64,000 nucleotides of DNA, taken from contig OZ219871.1 of assembly GCA_964291495.2 (NCBI GenBank), positions 576,001 to 640,000 on the forward strand, read 5' to 3'. Origin of the DNA: Dehalococcoidia bacterium. Its GTDB lineage: Bacteria > Chloroflexota > Dehalococcoidia > UBA2979. Numbering within the stretch: the first letter of the stretch is position 1; the number at the start of each line of letters is the position of its first letter. Positions 1 to 8,643 of this stretch are shown here, piece by piece. The notes below the pieces were generated by a model. That model was not told where the DNA came from and searched no databases. It was given only the letters and a program-made list of their open reading frames with translations. Made by a program: the position numbers and the translations under genes.

Positions 1-160
1 CGGTAGGCGTTGGAGCGGGCTCGGGCGTTACCGCGGGCACGGCCGCAGCCGTGGGTTCCGGAGTCGGCTCTGGCGAGGGTTCGGAGGTGCATCCGACCAG
101 CGCAAGTGAGAGCAGCGCGACGGAGGCGACGGCTATTGCTGACCTCAGAGCTGCGCTCAT
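1..160 (-). CDS. Lipoprotein, N-terminal part (continues beyond the window start)
   Basis: Not in the ORF track. The reverse strand from ATG 160 reads MSAALRSAIAVASVALLSLALVGC-TSEPSPEPTPEPTAAAVPAVTPEPAPTPT: signal peptide, lipobox LVGC and a Pro/Thr linker. Confidence 0.8.
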   Translation of the reverse strand, partial: MSAALRSAIAVASVALLSLALVGCTSEPSPEPTPEPTAAAVPAVTPEPAPTPT

Positions 161-345
161 CTGCCTCGTCTCTCGTGCCCGTGCCGCGCAGGCAGCCCCA
201 ACCAGGGACGGTGGCGTGCCGACCGTCCCACACGCATCTTCCCCGCCCGGCGGTTTAGGCGCAGCCTGTGGAGGCTGATGCGCTAGCGGGCGTGGTTCGG
301 CACACTGGGCGGCCGGCGCCGCCGCGGCATCAACAGGGAGCCTCC

Positions 346-903
346 GTGCGGGCAGGCCTGATCTCGGACACGCACACCCCGGCCATGGGCAAGCACCCAC
401 CGGCCGAGGTCGCGCGCGCCTTCGAGGGCGTCGACCTGATCCTGCACGCGGGCGACGTCTACACCTCGGAGTGCCTCGACTGGCTGGAGCAGATCGCGCC
501 GGTGATCGCGGTGGAAGTGCCGCCGGCGCCATGTGTCGGCGACCCGCGCGTGGGCTACAAGCGCGTGATCGACGTGGGCGGGCGTCCGCTCGGGCTGGTG
601 CACGAGCTGATCATCATTGGCCACGGCTTCGAGGTGGTGCCGGGCATCATCGAGCGCCAGGTTGGCGAGGACGAGCCGCTCGGCGACTACCTCGAGAGGT
701 TCTTCGGCGGGCGCGTCGAGGCGGTCGTCTTCGGCGACACGCACGTCCCGATGGTGGAGCGGCACCAGGGCATCCTGTTCGTGAATCCGGGCAGCACGAT
801 GCTGCCGTGGCAGCGTCGCCAGCTCGGCACCGTCGCGATCCTCGAGGCCGACGGCGACGGCCTCGAGGCGCGGGTTGTGCACCTGTCGGAGTACAGCGAG
901 TAG
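346..903 (+). CDS. YfcE-like metallophosphoesterase
   Basis: Motifs ISDTH, ILHAGD and NPGS; GTG start after AGGGAG. The usual GNxD is absent and GHTH reads GDTH. Confidence 0.8.
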   Translation: MRAGLISDTHTPAMGKHPPAEVARAFEGVDLILHAGDVYTSECLDWLEQIAPVIAVEVPPAPCVGDPRVGYKRVIDVGGRPLGLVHELIIIGHGFEVVPGIIERQVGEDEPLGDYLERFFGGRVEAVVFGDTHVPMVERHQGILFVNPGSTMLPWQRRQLGTVAILEADGDGLEARVVHLSEYSE

Positions 904-950
904 GTCGCCCGCGTGTCGGCCCGCGATGCTGTATCCTCGGCCCCGGCAAT

Positions 951-983
951 ACGCGATACGCGGTAGCGATAACGCGATACGCG
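951..983 (+). promoter_or_regulatory. 12-bp direct repeat ACGCGATACGCG x2 upstream of the DUF35/thiolase cluster
   Basis: Copies at 951-962 and 972-983 (21-bp period), between a TATCCT -10-like hexamer (932-937) and the GAGGAGG RBS. Confidence 0.4.
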
Positions 984-999
984 ATTCGAGGAGGCCCGC

Positions 1000-1416
1000 A
1001 TGCCGCGACCGATTCCGATCCCCGACGCCATCAGCAAGCCCTTCTGGGACGCCTGCAACGAGAAGCGGCTGATCGTCCAGTACTGCGACATCTGTGACTA
1101 CAAGCAGTTCCCGCCGGAGGCGGATTGCCGCGAGTGCGGCTGGCACCTGCACCTCGGCTGGATCGAGACCAGCGGCCGCGGCTTCATCAATGGCTACTCC
1201 GTCACTTACGACTCGCGGATCATGGCGTGGCACGAGGAGCAGCCGTTCAACAACGCCGTGATCTCGCTCGAGGAAGACCCGAAGATCAACTTCTTCTCGA
1301 ACCTCCCGGGCGTGCCCGTGAACGAGGTGCCCGTGGGCGCGAAGGTGGAGGTCTACTTCATCCCGGTGTCCGACGACCAAATGATCCCGGAGTGGCGAGT
1401 CGTCGACGAGAGCTGA
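1000..1416 (+). CDS. DUF35 Zn-ribbon/OB-fold protein (thiolase/aldolase partner)
   Basis: PFWDAC...QYCDIC...FPPEADCREC, SGRG, VGAKVEVYF; lies directly upstream of thiolase-like genes. Confidence 0.9.
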   Translation: MPRPIPIPDAISKPFWDACNEKRLIVQYCDICDYKQFPPEADCRECGWHLHLGWIETSGRGFINGYSVTYDSRIMAWHEEQPFNNAVISLEEDPKINFFSNLPGVPVNEVPVGAKVEVYFIPVSDDQMIPEWRVVDES

Positions 1417-1474
1417 CGCTCACGCGACAACGAGGATTCGACTTGGGACCGGGAACCTAGGAAGGCACGAACTC

Positions 1475-2770
1475 ATGGCAAGTCAGATTCACTGGGAGCG
1501 CAACGAGGATCCGGTCGGCATCTGGGAGCACCGAGGCAAGGTCGCGCTCGTCGGCCGGGGTCACTCGGCGCAAACCGACCGCCGCTGGGACGGCGTGAGC
1601 ATGGACAAGACGCTGGGCGCCAAAGTCGTCGAGGCCGCACGCGCGGCGATCGAAGACGCCGGCCTCACACCCGACGACGTCGACGGCGTCGTCTCCTCGG
1701 GCGGCGGGCAGGCCTGGCACATCAGCCTCGGCTCGCAGTGGGGGCCGCTGCGGGACTTCTTCGACCCGCCGTACGACACCGAGGACGGCCTCACCTACGT
1801 GACCGCCGAGTGGGTGCGGAGGCAGATGGGCCTCCAGAACGCCACGTACGTGAACTCCCACGGCGAAACCCTCTGGAACCTCATGGGGCTCGCCGCCCAG
1901 GTCGTCGGCGACGGGCTTTCCGAGGTCTGCCTCGTCACCTACCCGAACGGGAACATCGAGGGCCGCTACCACCAGAATCCGAGCCTCGACGCGCCGGGCC
2001 GGAACCAGTGGTCCTACCCGTACGGCTGGGGGCTGTCCCTGCAGGGCTACATCTTCGAGCAGTACGCCCGCAAGTACGGCACCAACCACGACCGCATGGC
2101 GCCGTTCGTGGTCCAGGAGCACGCCAACGGGCTGCTCTGGCCGTACAGCTACTACGCGCAGCACGAGCCGGGCCCGTTCACGACCGAGGACTACCTCAAC
2201 GGCCGCTGGATCGCCCAGAACCTCAGCATCTTCGACTGCGACCGCCCCGTGCAGGCCGGCGCCGCCTACATCGTCACGACCGCCGAGCGCGCGAAGGACA
2301 TGAAGCAGAAGCCGGTCTACATCCTGGACCACACCGAGAGCGCGTTCGCCCCGCGCAGCCTCGTCCAGACCCTCGACGACACCGAGGAATGGACGGACAC
2401 GCAGGCGCGGCGCTCGTACGCCGGGTCCGGCCTGCGGCCGGAGGACATCGACGTCTTCGCGCCGTACGACGGCTTCGCGGTGTTCACGCAATACTTCCTC
2501 GAGGCCTTCGGCTGGCGGGGCGTGAAGCGTGGGGACGCGCACGACTTCTATGCGGGCGACATCTCGCTCAAGGGGCCGAACCCGATCAACTCGGGCGGCG
2601 GCAACATGGGCACCGGCCGCATGCGCACGGTCTTCATCACCGACCCGATGGAGCAGTTGCAGGACCGTGCGGGCGAGCGCCAGGTGGCGATCAAGGCCGA
2701 GACCGCGGTCACGATCGGCGTGCTTCCGATCAACGCCGGCGCGCTGGCGTTCAGCACCGTCCCCGACTAA
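1475..2770 (+). CDS. Thiolase-like (SCP-x/Ltp2-type) protein, copy 1
   Basis: AIEDAGL..DDVDG, FDCDRPV, YDGF, LEAFG, NSGGG; 431 aa. Confidence 0.85.
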   Translation: MASQIHWERNEDPVGIWEHRGKVALVGRGHSAQTDRRWDGVSMDKTLGAKVVEAARAAIEDAGLTPDDVDGVVSSGGGQAWHISLGSQWGPLRDFFDPPYDTEDGLTYVTAEWVRRQMGLQNATYVNSHGETLWNLMGLAAQVVGDGLSEVCLVTYPNGNIEGRYHQNPSLDAPGRNQWSYPYGWGLSLQGYIFEQYARKYGTNHDRMAPFVVQEHANGLLWPYSYYAQHEPGPFTTEDYLNGRWIAQNLSIFDCDRPVQAGAAYIVTTAERAKDMKQKPVYILDHTESAFAPRSLVQTLDDTEEWTDTQARRSYAGSGLRPEDIDVFAPYDGFAVFTQYFLEAFGWRGVKRGDAHDFYAGDISLKGPNPINSGGGNMGTGRMRTVFITDPMEQLQDRAGERQVAIKAETAVTIGVLPINAGALAFSTVPD

Positions 2771-2981
2771 CGCTCGGGGCTCGCCGGCTTCGGTTCGGGC
2801 CGCACCCGCTGCGGCTCGGCGGATCGTGGCAATATGGGCGCGGCATGAGCACCAGCCCTTCGGCAGCGCCGCCGAGGTCTCGCCGGATCGACTGATCCCG
2901 GAGCGGATGGCCGCCGAGGAGCGCTGGCGCCCTCGCGGCGCGGACCACACCGCCAGGGCACGGTGCAGGAAGGCGCACGTC

Positions 2982-4277
2982 ATGGCACGCGCGATTCACT
3001 GGGAGCGCAACGAGGACCCGGTCGGCATCTGGGAGCACCGCGGCAAGGTCGTGCTCGCCGGCCGCGGCCACTCGAAGAACACCGACCGCCGCTGGGACGG
3101 CGTCAGCCTCGACAAGTCGCTCGGCGCGTATGTCATCGAGGCCGCCCGCGCGGCGATGGACGACGCAGGCATCACGCCCGACGAGGTCGACGGGATCGTC
3201 ACCTCGGCGGGCGGGCAGCCCAACCACGCGAGCCTCGGCGGGCACTGGGGTCCGACCCGGCCCTACTTTGACGCGCCGTACGACTCGGAGGACGGACTCA
3301 CCTTCGTGACCGCCGAGTGGCTGCGCAAGACGATGAACCTCGAGAACGTCACGTACATGAACTCGCACGGCTCGACCCTCTGGAACCTGATCGGCCTCGC
3401 CGCCCAGGTCGTCGGCGACGGGCGCTGCGAGGTCTGCCTGGTGCCCTACCCGAACGGGAACATCGAGGGCCGCTACCACCAGAACCCGACCCTCACGGCG
3501 CCCGGGCCGGCGCAGTGGAACTTCCCGTACGGCTGGGGGCAGTCCGTGCACGGCTACGTCTTCGAGCAGTATGCCCGCAAGTACGGAACCAACCACGACC
3601 GCATGGCCCCGTTCATCGTCCAGGAGCACGCCAACGGCCTGCTCTGGCCGCACAGCTACTACGCCCAGCACGAGCCGGAGCCGTTCACGGCCGAGGACTA
3701 CCTCAACGGCCGCTGGATCGCCCAGAACCTCAGCATCTTCGACTGCGACCGGCCCGTGCAGGCGGGCGCCTGCTACGTGGTGACCACCGCCGAGCGGGCG
3801 AAGGACATGAAGCAGCAGCCTGTCTACGTCCTCGACCACACGGAGACCGCGTTCTCGCCGCGCAGCCTGACGCAGACCCTCGACGACACCGAGGAGTGGA
3901 CGAGCACCCAGGCGCGGCGCTCGTACGCCGGCTCCGGCCTGCGGCCCGACGACATCGACGTCTTCGCGCCGTACGACGGCTTCGCCGTGTTCACGCAGTA
4001 CTTCCTCGAGGCCTTCGGGTGGCGCGGGGTGAAGCGCGGCGAGGCTCACGACTTCTACGCCGGGGACATCTCGCTCCAGGGGCCGAACCCCATCAACTCG
4101 GGCGGCGGCAACATGGGCACCGGCCGCATGCGTACCGTCTTCATCACCGACCCGATGGAGCAGTTGCAGGGACGCGCCGGCGAACGGCAGATCGCCACCA
4201 AGGCCGAGATCGCGGTCACGATCGGGGTGCTCCCGATCTCGGCCGCGGCGCTGGCCTTCAGCACGGTCCCCGACTAG
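2982..4277 (+). CDS. Thiolase-like protein, copy 2
   Basis: ATG 2982 after AGGAAGG; 431 aa, collinear with copies 1 and 3. Confidence 0.85.
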   Translation: MARAIHWERNEDPVGIWEHRGKVVLAGRGHSKNTDRRWDGVSLDKSLGAYVIEAARAAMDDAGITPDEVDGIVTSAGGQPNHASLGGHWGPTRPYFDAPYDSEDGLTFVTAEWLRKTMNLENVTYMNSHGSTLWNLIGLAAQVVGDGRCEVCLVPYPNGNIEGRYHQNPTLTAPGPAQWNFPYGWGQSVHGYVFEQYARKYGTNHDRMAPFIVQEHANGLLWPHSYYAQHEPEPFTAEDYLNGRWIAQNLSIFDCDRPVQAGACYVVTTAERAKDMKQQPVYVLDHTETAFSPRSLTQTLDDTEEWTSTQARRSYAGSGLRPDDIDVFAPYDGFAVFTQYFLEAFGWRGVKRGEAHDFYAGDISLQGPNPINSGGGNMGTGRMRTVFITDPMEQLQGRAGERQIATKAEIAVTIGVLPISAAALAFSTVPD

Positions 4278-4307
4278 CAGCCGCGACTGAGCAGGGAGGC
4301 ACGAGTC

Positions 4308-5603
4308 ATGGCGCACGCGATTCACTGGGAGCGCAACGAGGACCCGGTCGGCATCTGGGAGCACCGCGGCAAGGTCGTGCTCGCCGGCCGGGGCCACTCG
4401 AAGAACACCGACCGCCGCTGGGACGGCGTCAGCATGGACAAGACGCTGGGCGCCTACGTCATCGAGGCCGCCCGCGCGGCGATGGATGACGCCGGCATCA
4501 GCCCCGAGGACGTCGATGGCATCGTCACCTCGGCGGGCGGGCAGACCAACCACGCGAGCCTCGGCTCGCAGTGGGGGCCGACACGGCCCTTCTTCGACCC
4601 GCCGTACGACTCGGAGGACGGACTCACCTTCGTAACCGCCGAGTGGCTGCGCAAGACGATGAACCTCCCGAACGTGAAGTACCTGAACTCGCACGGCGCG
4701 ACCCTCTGGAACCTGATCGGGCTCGCAGCCCAGGTCGTCGGCGACGGGCGCTGCGAGGTCTGCCTCGTGCCCTACCCGAACGGGAACATCGAGGGCCGCT
4801 ACCACCAGAACCCGACCCTCGACGCGCCGGGACCGACCCAGTGGACCTACCCGTACGGCTGGGGGCTGTCCGGCCAGGGCTACGTCTTCGAGCAGTACGC
4901 GCGGAAGTACGGGACGAACCACGACCGGCTGGCGCCGTTCATCGTCCAGGAGCACAACAACGGCCTGCTGTGGCCGTACAGCTACTACGCGCAGCACGAG
5001 CCCGAGCCGTTCACCGAGGAGGACTATCTCAACGGCCGCTGGATCGCCCAGAACCTCAGCATCTTCGACTGCGACCGGCCCGTGCAGGCGGGCGCCTGCT
5101 ACGTGGTGACCACCGCCGAGCGCGCGAAGGACATGAAGCAGAAGCCCGTCTACGTCCTCGACCACACGGAGAGCGAGTTCGCCCCGCGCAGCCTCGTCGA
5201 GACCCTCAACGACACCGAGGAGTGGACGAGCACCCAGGCGCGCCGCTCGTATGCCGGCTCCGGCCTGCGGCCGGAGGACATCGACGTGTTCGCGCCGTAC
5301 GACGGCTTCGCGGTGTTCACGCAGTACTTCCTCGAGGCCTTCGGGTGGCGCGGGGTGAAGCGCGGCGAGGCGCACGACTTCTACGCGGGCGACATCTCGC
5401 TCAAGGGGCCGAACCCGATCAACTCGGGAGGCGGCAACATGGGGACCGGGCGGATGCGCACGGTCTTCATCACCGACCCGATGGAGCAGTTGCAGGGGCG
5501 CGCCGGCGAACGCCAGGTGGCGATCAAGGCCGAGGTCGCGGTCACGATCGGGGTGCTCCCGTTCCGGGCGGCGGCGCTGGCGTTCAGTTCGGTGCCCGAC
5601 TAG
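4308..5603 (+). CDS. Thiolase-like protein, copy 3
   Basis: 431 aa, collinear paralog; RBS GGGAGG. Confidence 0.85.
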   Translation: MAHAIHWERNEDPVGIWEHRGKVVLAGRGHSKNTDRRWDGVSMDKTLGAYVIEAARAAMDDAGISPEDVDGIVTSAGGQTNHASLGSQWGPTRPFFDPPYDSEDGLTFVTAEWLRKTMNLPNVKYLNSHGATLWNLIGLAAQVVGDGRCEVCLVPYPNGNIEGRYHQNPTLDAPGPTQWTYPYGWGLSGQGYVFEQYARKYGTNHDRLAPFIVQEHNNGLLWPYSYYAQHEPEPFTEEDYLNGRWIAQNLSIFDCDRPVQAGACYVVTTAERAKDMKQKPVYVLDHTESEFAPRSLVETLNDTEEWTSTQARRSYAGSGLRPEDIDVFAPYDGFAVFTQYFLEAFGWRGVKRGEAHDFYAGDISLKGPNPINSGGGNMGTGRMRTVFITDPMEQLQGRAGERQVAIKAEVAVTIGVLPFRAAALAFSSVPD

Positions 5604-5698
5604 CGGCTGCGGCTGCGCCGTCTCTCCGGCCTCCCCGTTGCGGCCTAGCGGTTTGCTGGCGATACTCCCCGGCGTACACGGAGCCGGGAGGGTAGTGC

Positions 5699-6058
5699 GT
5701 GGCGATCCTATTGAGCTTTGACATCGACGGAACGCTCGAGCTGGGCGATCCGCCGGGCGGCGTCACGGTCGAGATGGTGCGGCGGGCGATCGACCGCGGC
5801 TTCATCGTCGGCAGTTGCTCGGACCGGCCGCTCAGCAGCCAGCGCCGCATGTGGGCGGCGATCGAGATCGAGCCTGACTTCGTTGCTTCCAAGCACCAGC
5901 TCGGCCAGGTCAAGGAGCAGTTCGACGACGCCGACGCCTACTACCACATGGGCGACCGCAACACGGACGAGGAGGCCGCCCGGGACCACGACTTCGGCTT
6001 CTGGTGGCACCACGAAGCCGAGCTCGAGCCGTGGCTGGAGCTGACCAACTCCGACTGA
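5699..6058 (+). CDS. Minimal (capless) HAD-family hydrolase
   Basis: FDIDGT (motif I), SCS (II), K (III), GDRNTD (IV); paralog at 62110-62661. Confidence 0.85.
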   Translation: MAILLSFDIDGTLELGDPPGGVTVEMVRRAIDRGFIVGSCSDRPLSSQRRMWAAIEIEPDFVASKHQLGQVKEQFDDADAYYHMGDRNTDEEAARDHDFGFWWHHEAELEPWLELTNSD

Positions 6059-6082
6059 CCTCGAGGACGCAGCCACACCAGC

Positions 6083-6106
6083 AAGGCCCGCCTCCCGGCG
6101 GGCCTT
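6083..6106. terminator. GC-rich hairpin, probable terminator
   Basis: AAGGCCCGCC-tccc-GGCGGGCCTT, a perfect 10-bp stem 25 nt after the HAD stop; no long U tract. Confidence 0.55.
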
Positions 6107-6159
6107 CGTCATGCAGCGCCCGGGGGCCATCGGCAGACCCGACAAATCCCTCGAGAACC

Positions 6160-6185
6160 GTCATTCCGGCGAAAGCCGGAATCCA
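6160..6185. repeat. REP-like palindrome GTCATTCCGGCGAAAGCCGGAATCCA
   Basis: ATTCCGGC-GAAA-GCCGGAAT stem-loop of the widespread GTCATTCC...GGAATCCA intergenic repeat type. Confidence 0.7.
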
Positions 6186-6281
6186 GGCACGCCCACCCAC
6201 CGCCGAGCCCCGTGAGCACCCGATGGCGCAACGTGGCCCGTGGGCGCAACGACCCATCGAGCCGGGAACAGCGCCGGCGAG

Positions 6282-6327
6282 CCCCCTCACCCCCGCCCTC
6301 TCCCCCAGGAGAGGGGGCCGGAGGGGA
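6282..6327. repeat. Stand-alone CCCTCACCCC/CTCTCC-GGAGAG hairpin repeat unit (same unit as inside the MITE)
   Basis: CCCTCACCCCCGCCCTCTCCCCCAGGAGAGGGGGCCGGA matches the internal units of the elements at 23811 and 62756. Confidence 0.75.
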
Positions 6328-6360
6328 GCCATGGCGCCCCGGCGCGGTTACGCAACGTTC

Positions 6361-7416
6361 CTACGCGAGCGCGAGTATCGCCGCCGGGTTGCCCACGGTG
6401 ATCGCCTCGATCGTCGCTTCCGGGAAGCCCTTGCGCCGCATCGTCGGAACGATGTTCTCGAAGATGTGGCCGTAGCCGTGCCCCCCGTAGCGGATCAGGC
6501 GGTGCTTCGTGAAGATGTCCTGGGCAATCACGATGCGGTTGGAGTAACCGGCGTCGGCGATGCGCCCGATGAAGTCCAACCGCTGGGCGTCGCTGGGCAT
6601 GTCGGTGTCGGCTGCGGCGGGATAGTAGGACCCCTCGTTGCCGAACAGATCCCATTCGAGGTAGCAGCCCGTCGCGGCGATGCGCTGAAGCGCGTCGAAC
6701 TCGAACACGGTGCGATCGAGGTGTCCCATGATCACCCTCGAGATCTCCGCACCCCCGCTCGCCAGCACATCCAGGATCTCCGACGGCGCATCCTGATGCC
6801 GCCCGGGATGGATCAGGATCGCCGCGCCCGTCTCCTGCTGGGCGATCGCCGACGCGAGCAGTGACTTGCGCTCGTTCGGGTCCAGCGGCCACGTGCAGCC
6901 GACCTCGCCGATGATGCCCGCTCGCACGCCGCTGCCGTCGACGCCCTCGACGATGTCGCCGACGATCTCGCTTGCCAGGCCGTCCACGCTTCGTTCATCC
7001 ATGCCGTCCGGATGGGCCGCGGCGACGTAGTAGCCCGAGCCCATCACGATGTGCACGCCGGTCTCGCGGGAGATCCGGGCCAGCCCATCCGGGTTCCGGC
7101 TGATTCCCGTGCTCGTCGCGTCCACGATCGCGCCGCCGCCGACCTTGCGGAACTTCCCGACTTCCTCGATGGCCGTATCGAGGTCCACCAGCTGCAGGTT
7201 GGAGCGGTTGCTGTAGTAGTGACGCCGGATCCACCCGAGGTTCTCGAGGGCGATCGGCGCATCCGCCAGCTCCTCGGACGGCGAGTCCTGCGCCGGGCGG
7301 TACATCCGGGAGAAGTCGATTTGGAGGTGCTCGTGGGTGCTGGTGGCGCCCAGCTCCGAGGGAGAGACTGGCCCGAGCACGGTCTGGACCAGACCTCGAT
7401 TACGGCCTGACGGCAT
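6361..7416 (-). CDS. Phosphotriesterase-related (PTER-like) amidohydrolase
   Basis: VQTVLG, THEH, IIGEVGCTWPL, IHPGR, GHLDRT, LEWDLFG, DMPSD, QDIFTK, YGGHGY, NPA. Confidence 0.9.
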   Translation of the reverse strand: MPSGRNRGLVQTVLGPVSPSELGATSTHEHLQIDFSRMYRPAQDSPSEELADAPIALENLGWIRRHYYSNRSNLQLVDLDTAIEEVGKFRKVGGGAIVDATSTGISRNPDGLARISRETGVHIVMGSGYYVAAAHPDGMDERSVDGLASEIVGDIVEGVDGSGVRAGIIGEVGCTWPLDPNERKSLLASAIAQQETGAAILIHPGRHQDAPSEILDVLASGGAEISRVIMGHLDRTVFEFDALQRIAATGCYLEWDLFGNEGSYYPAAADTDMPSDAQRLDFIGRIADAGYSNRIVIAQDIFTKHRLIRYGGHGYGHIFENIVPTMRRKGFPEATIEAITVGNPAAILALA

Positions 7417-7502
7417 GGCGCAACTCCTCGGAGTATCGTGGCGGGCAAGCCTAGCACGACCGATCCGGGGTGCTGCCGACCGAGGGGCGGGAGGTTCGGG
7501 GC

Positions 7503-8636
7503 ATGAAGTTCGCGGCGTTCACGACCGTGGCCGGTTCCGCCGGTGAGGCCACCACCTCCGAACAGCTGATCGCCAACCTCAGACAGCAGACCGTCCTCGC
7601 CGAGGAGCTCGGCTTCGAGGCGATGTGGCTCGGCGAGCACCACTTCGGGCCGTACGCCGTGGGCGACCTGCCGAACCCGATCCTGCTCGGTGCGGACCTC
7701 GCGGCGCGGACCTCGCGGATTCGCATCGGCCAGATGGCGAACATCGCGCCGTGGTGGCACCCGATCCGGCTCGCCGAGGACCTCGCGATCCTCGACAACC
7801 TGACCGGCGGGCGCGTGGAGGTTGGCTTTGGCCGGGGAGTCTGGCCGTACGAGGGGCCGCAGTTCCATCCGAACGCGGACCCTCGCAAGGATGCGGAGAA
7901 CCGCGAGCTGTTCCGGGAGACGGTCGAGATCGTGCGCGAGATCTGGACCAACGAGTACTTCTCCTACCGTGGCGCGAACTACAGCTTCCCCGCCGACGAC
8001 ACCGTCTTCTCCCATCCGCTGTATCCGCCGAACCCCGCCTGGCAGGACGGGGAACGGGTCACCAAGCTGCGAGTGACCCCGCGGCCCTACCAGCAACCCC
8101 ACCCGCCGCTCTGGATGACCGTCTCCACGGACAGGTCCGTGGCGACCGCGGCCGAACTCGGGCTCAAGGCCTGCTACTGGCAGCCTCCCGCACTGAGGAT
8201 CAGGGAACGAATGGAGATCTACGCACGGGTCAGGACGAAGCGGGAGGGCAGACCGTTCGCCGTAGGCGAAGATCAAGCGGTGATGCGCTCGATGTACGTC
8301 GCCTCCTCGATGGAAGAGGCGCGTCGCGATGCCGAAGACGGCATCATGTCCGCCTTCATCTTCAACGACCCCTTTCGAGGCAGGCAGGTCTTCACCAACC
8401 CCGGCGAGGTCCTCGGCGATGATGTGAAGCTCGACTGGGACTTCCTGGAACCACGCAGCCTGCTCGTCGGATCCCCGGATGACGTGGTAGCGAAGATCGA
8501 GGAGCTACGGGAGGTCTGCCACCTCGACTACCTGCTCGTCGAGTTCTCGCACATGGGCCTTCCCTTGCGAAAGTCGCTGAAGAACCTCGAGGCCTTCGCC
8601 ACCAGGGTGATGCCGCGATTCGCCGGCGGCGGCTGA
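7503..8636 (+). CDS. Luciferase-like (LLM) flavin-dependent oxidoreductase
   Basis: AEELGFEAMWLGEHHF, HPIRLAED, GRVEVGFGRG, PYQQPHPPLW, VGSPDDV. Confidence 0.92.
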   Translation: MKFAAFTTVAGSAGEATTSEQLIANLRQQTVLAEELGFEAMWLGEHHFGPYAVGDLPNPILLGADLAARTSRIRIGQMANIAPWWHPIRLAEDLAILDNLTGGRVEVGFGRGVWPYEGPQFHPNADPRKDAENRELFRETVEIVREIWTNEYFSYRGANYSFPADDTVFSHPLYPPNPAWQDGERVTKLRVTPRPYQQPHPPLWMTVSTDRSVATAAELGLKACYWQPPALRIRERMEIYARVRTKREGRPFAVGEDQAVMRSMYVASSMEEARRDAEDGIMSAFIFNDPFRGRQVFTNPGEVLGDDVKLDWDFLEPRSLLVGSPDDVVAKIEELREVCHLDYLLVEFSHMGLPLRKSLKNLEAFATRVMPRFAGGG

Positions 8637-8643
8637 GCCGCGA

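Noticed and set aside
200-295. Hairpins between the divergent lipoprotein and phosphoesterase genes as a riboswitch
   Set aside because: Stems exist (GGGACGGT/ACCGTCCC, AGCCT/AGGCT), but I recognise no riboswitch consensus and such stems are common at this GC content.
2845-2895. 16-aa ORF MSTSPSAAPPRSRRID between thiolase copies 1 and 2
   Set aside because: No RBS or recognisable homology; could be chance or a gene-start remnant.
2751-5375. Very long antisense or shifted ORFs (e.g. 2751-5375, 13870-16314, 46742-49501, 49483-52395, 57423-59927)
   Set aside because: Shadow ORFs expected in high-GC DNA. They overlap genes with clear motifs and have none of their own.
1475-5603. Diversity-generating retroelement template/variable repeats among the duplicated genes
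   Set aside because: No reverse transcriptase is present, all copies are intact full-length ORFs, and the differences do not look adenine-specific.
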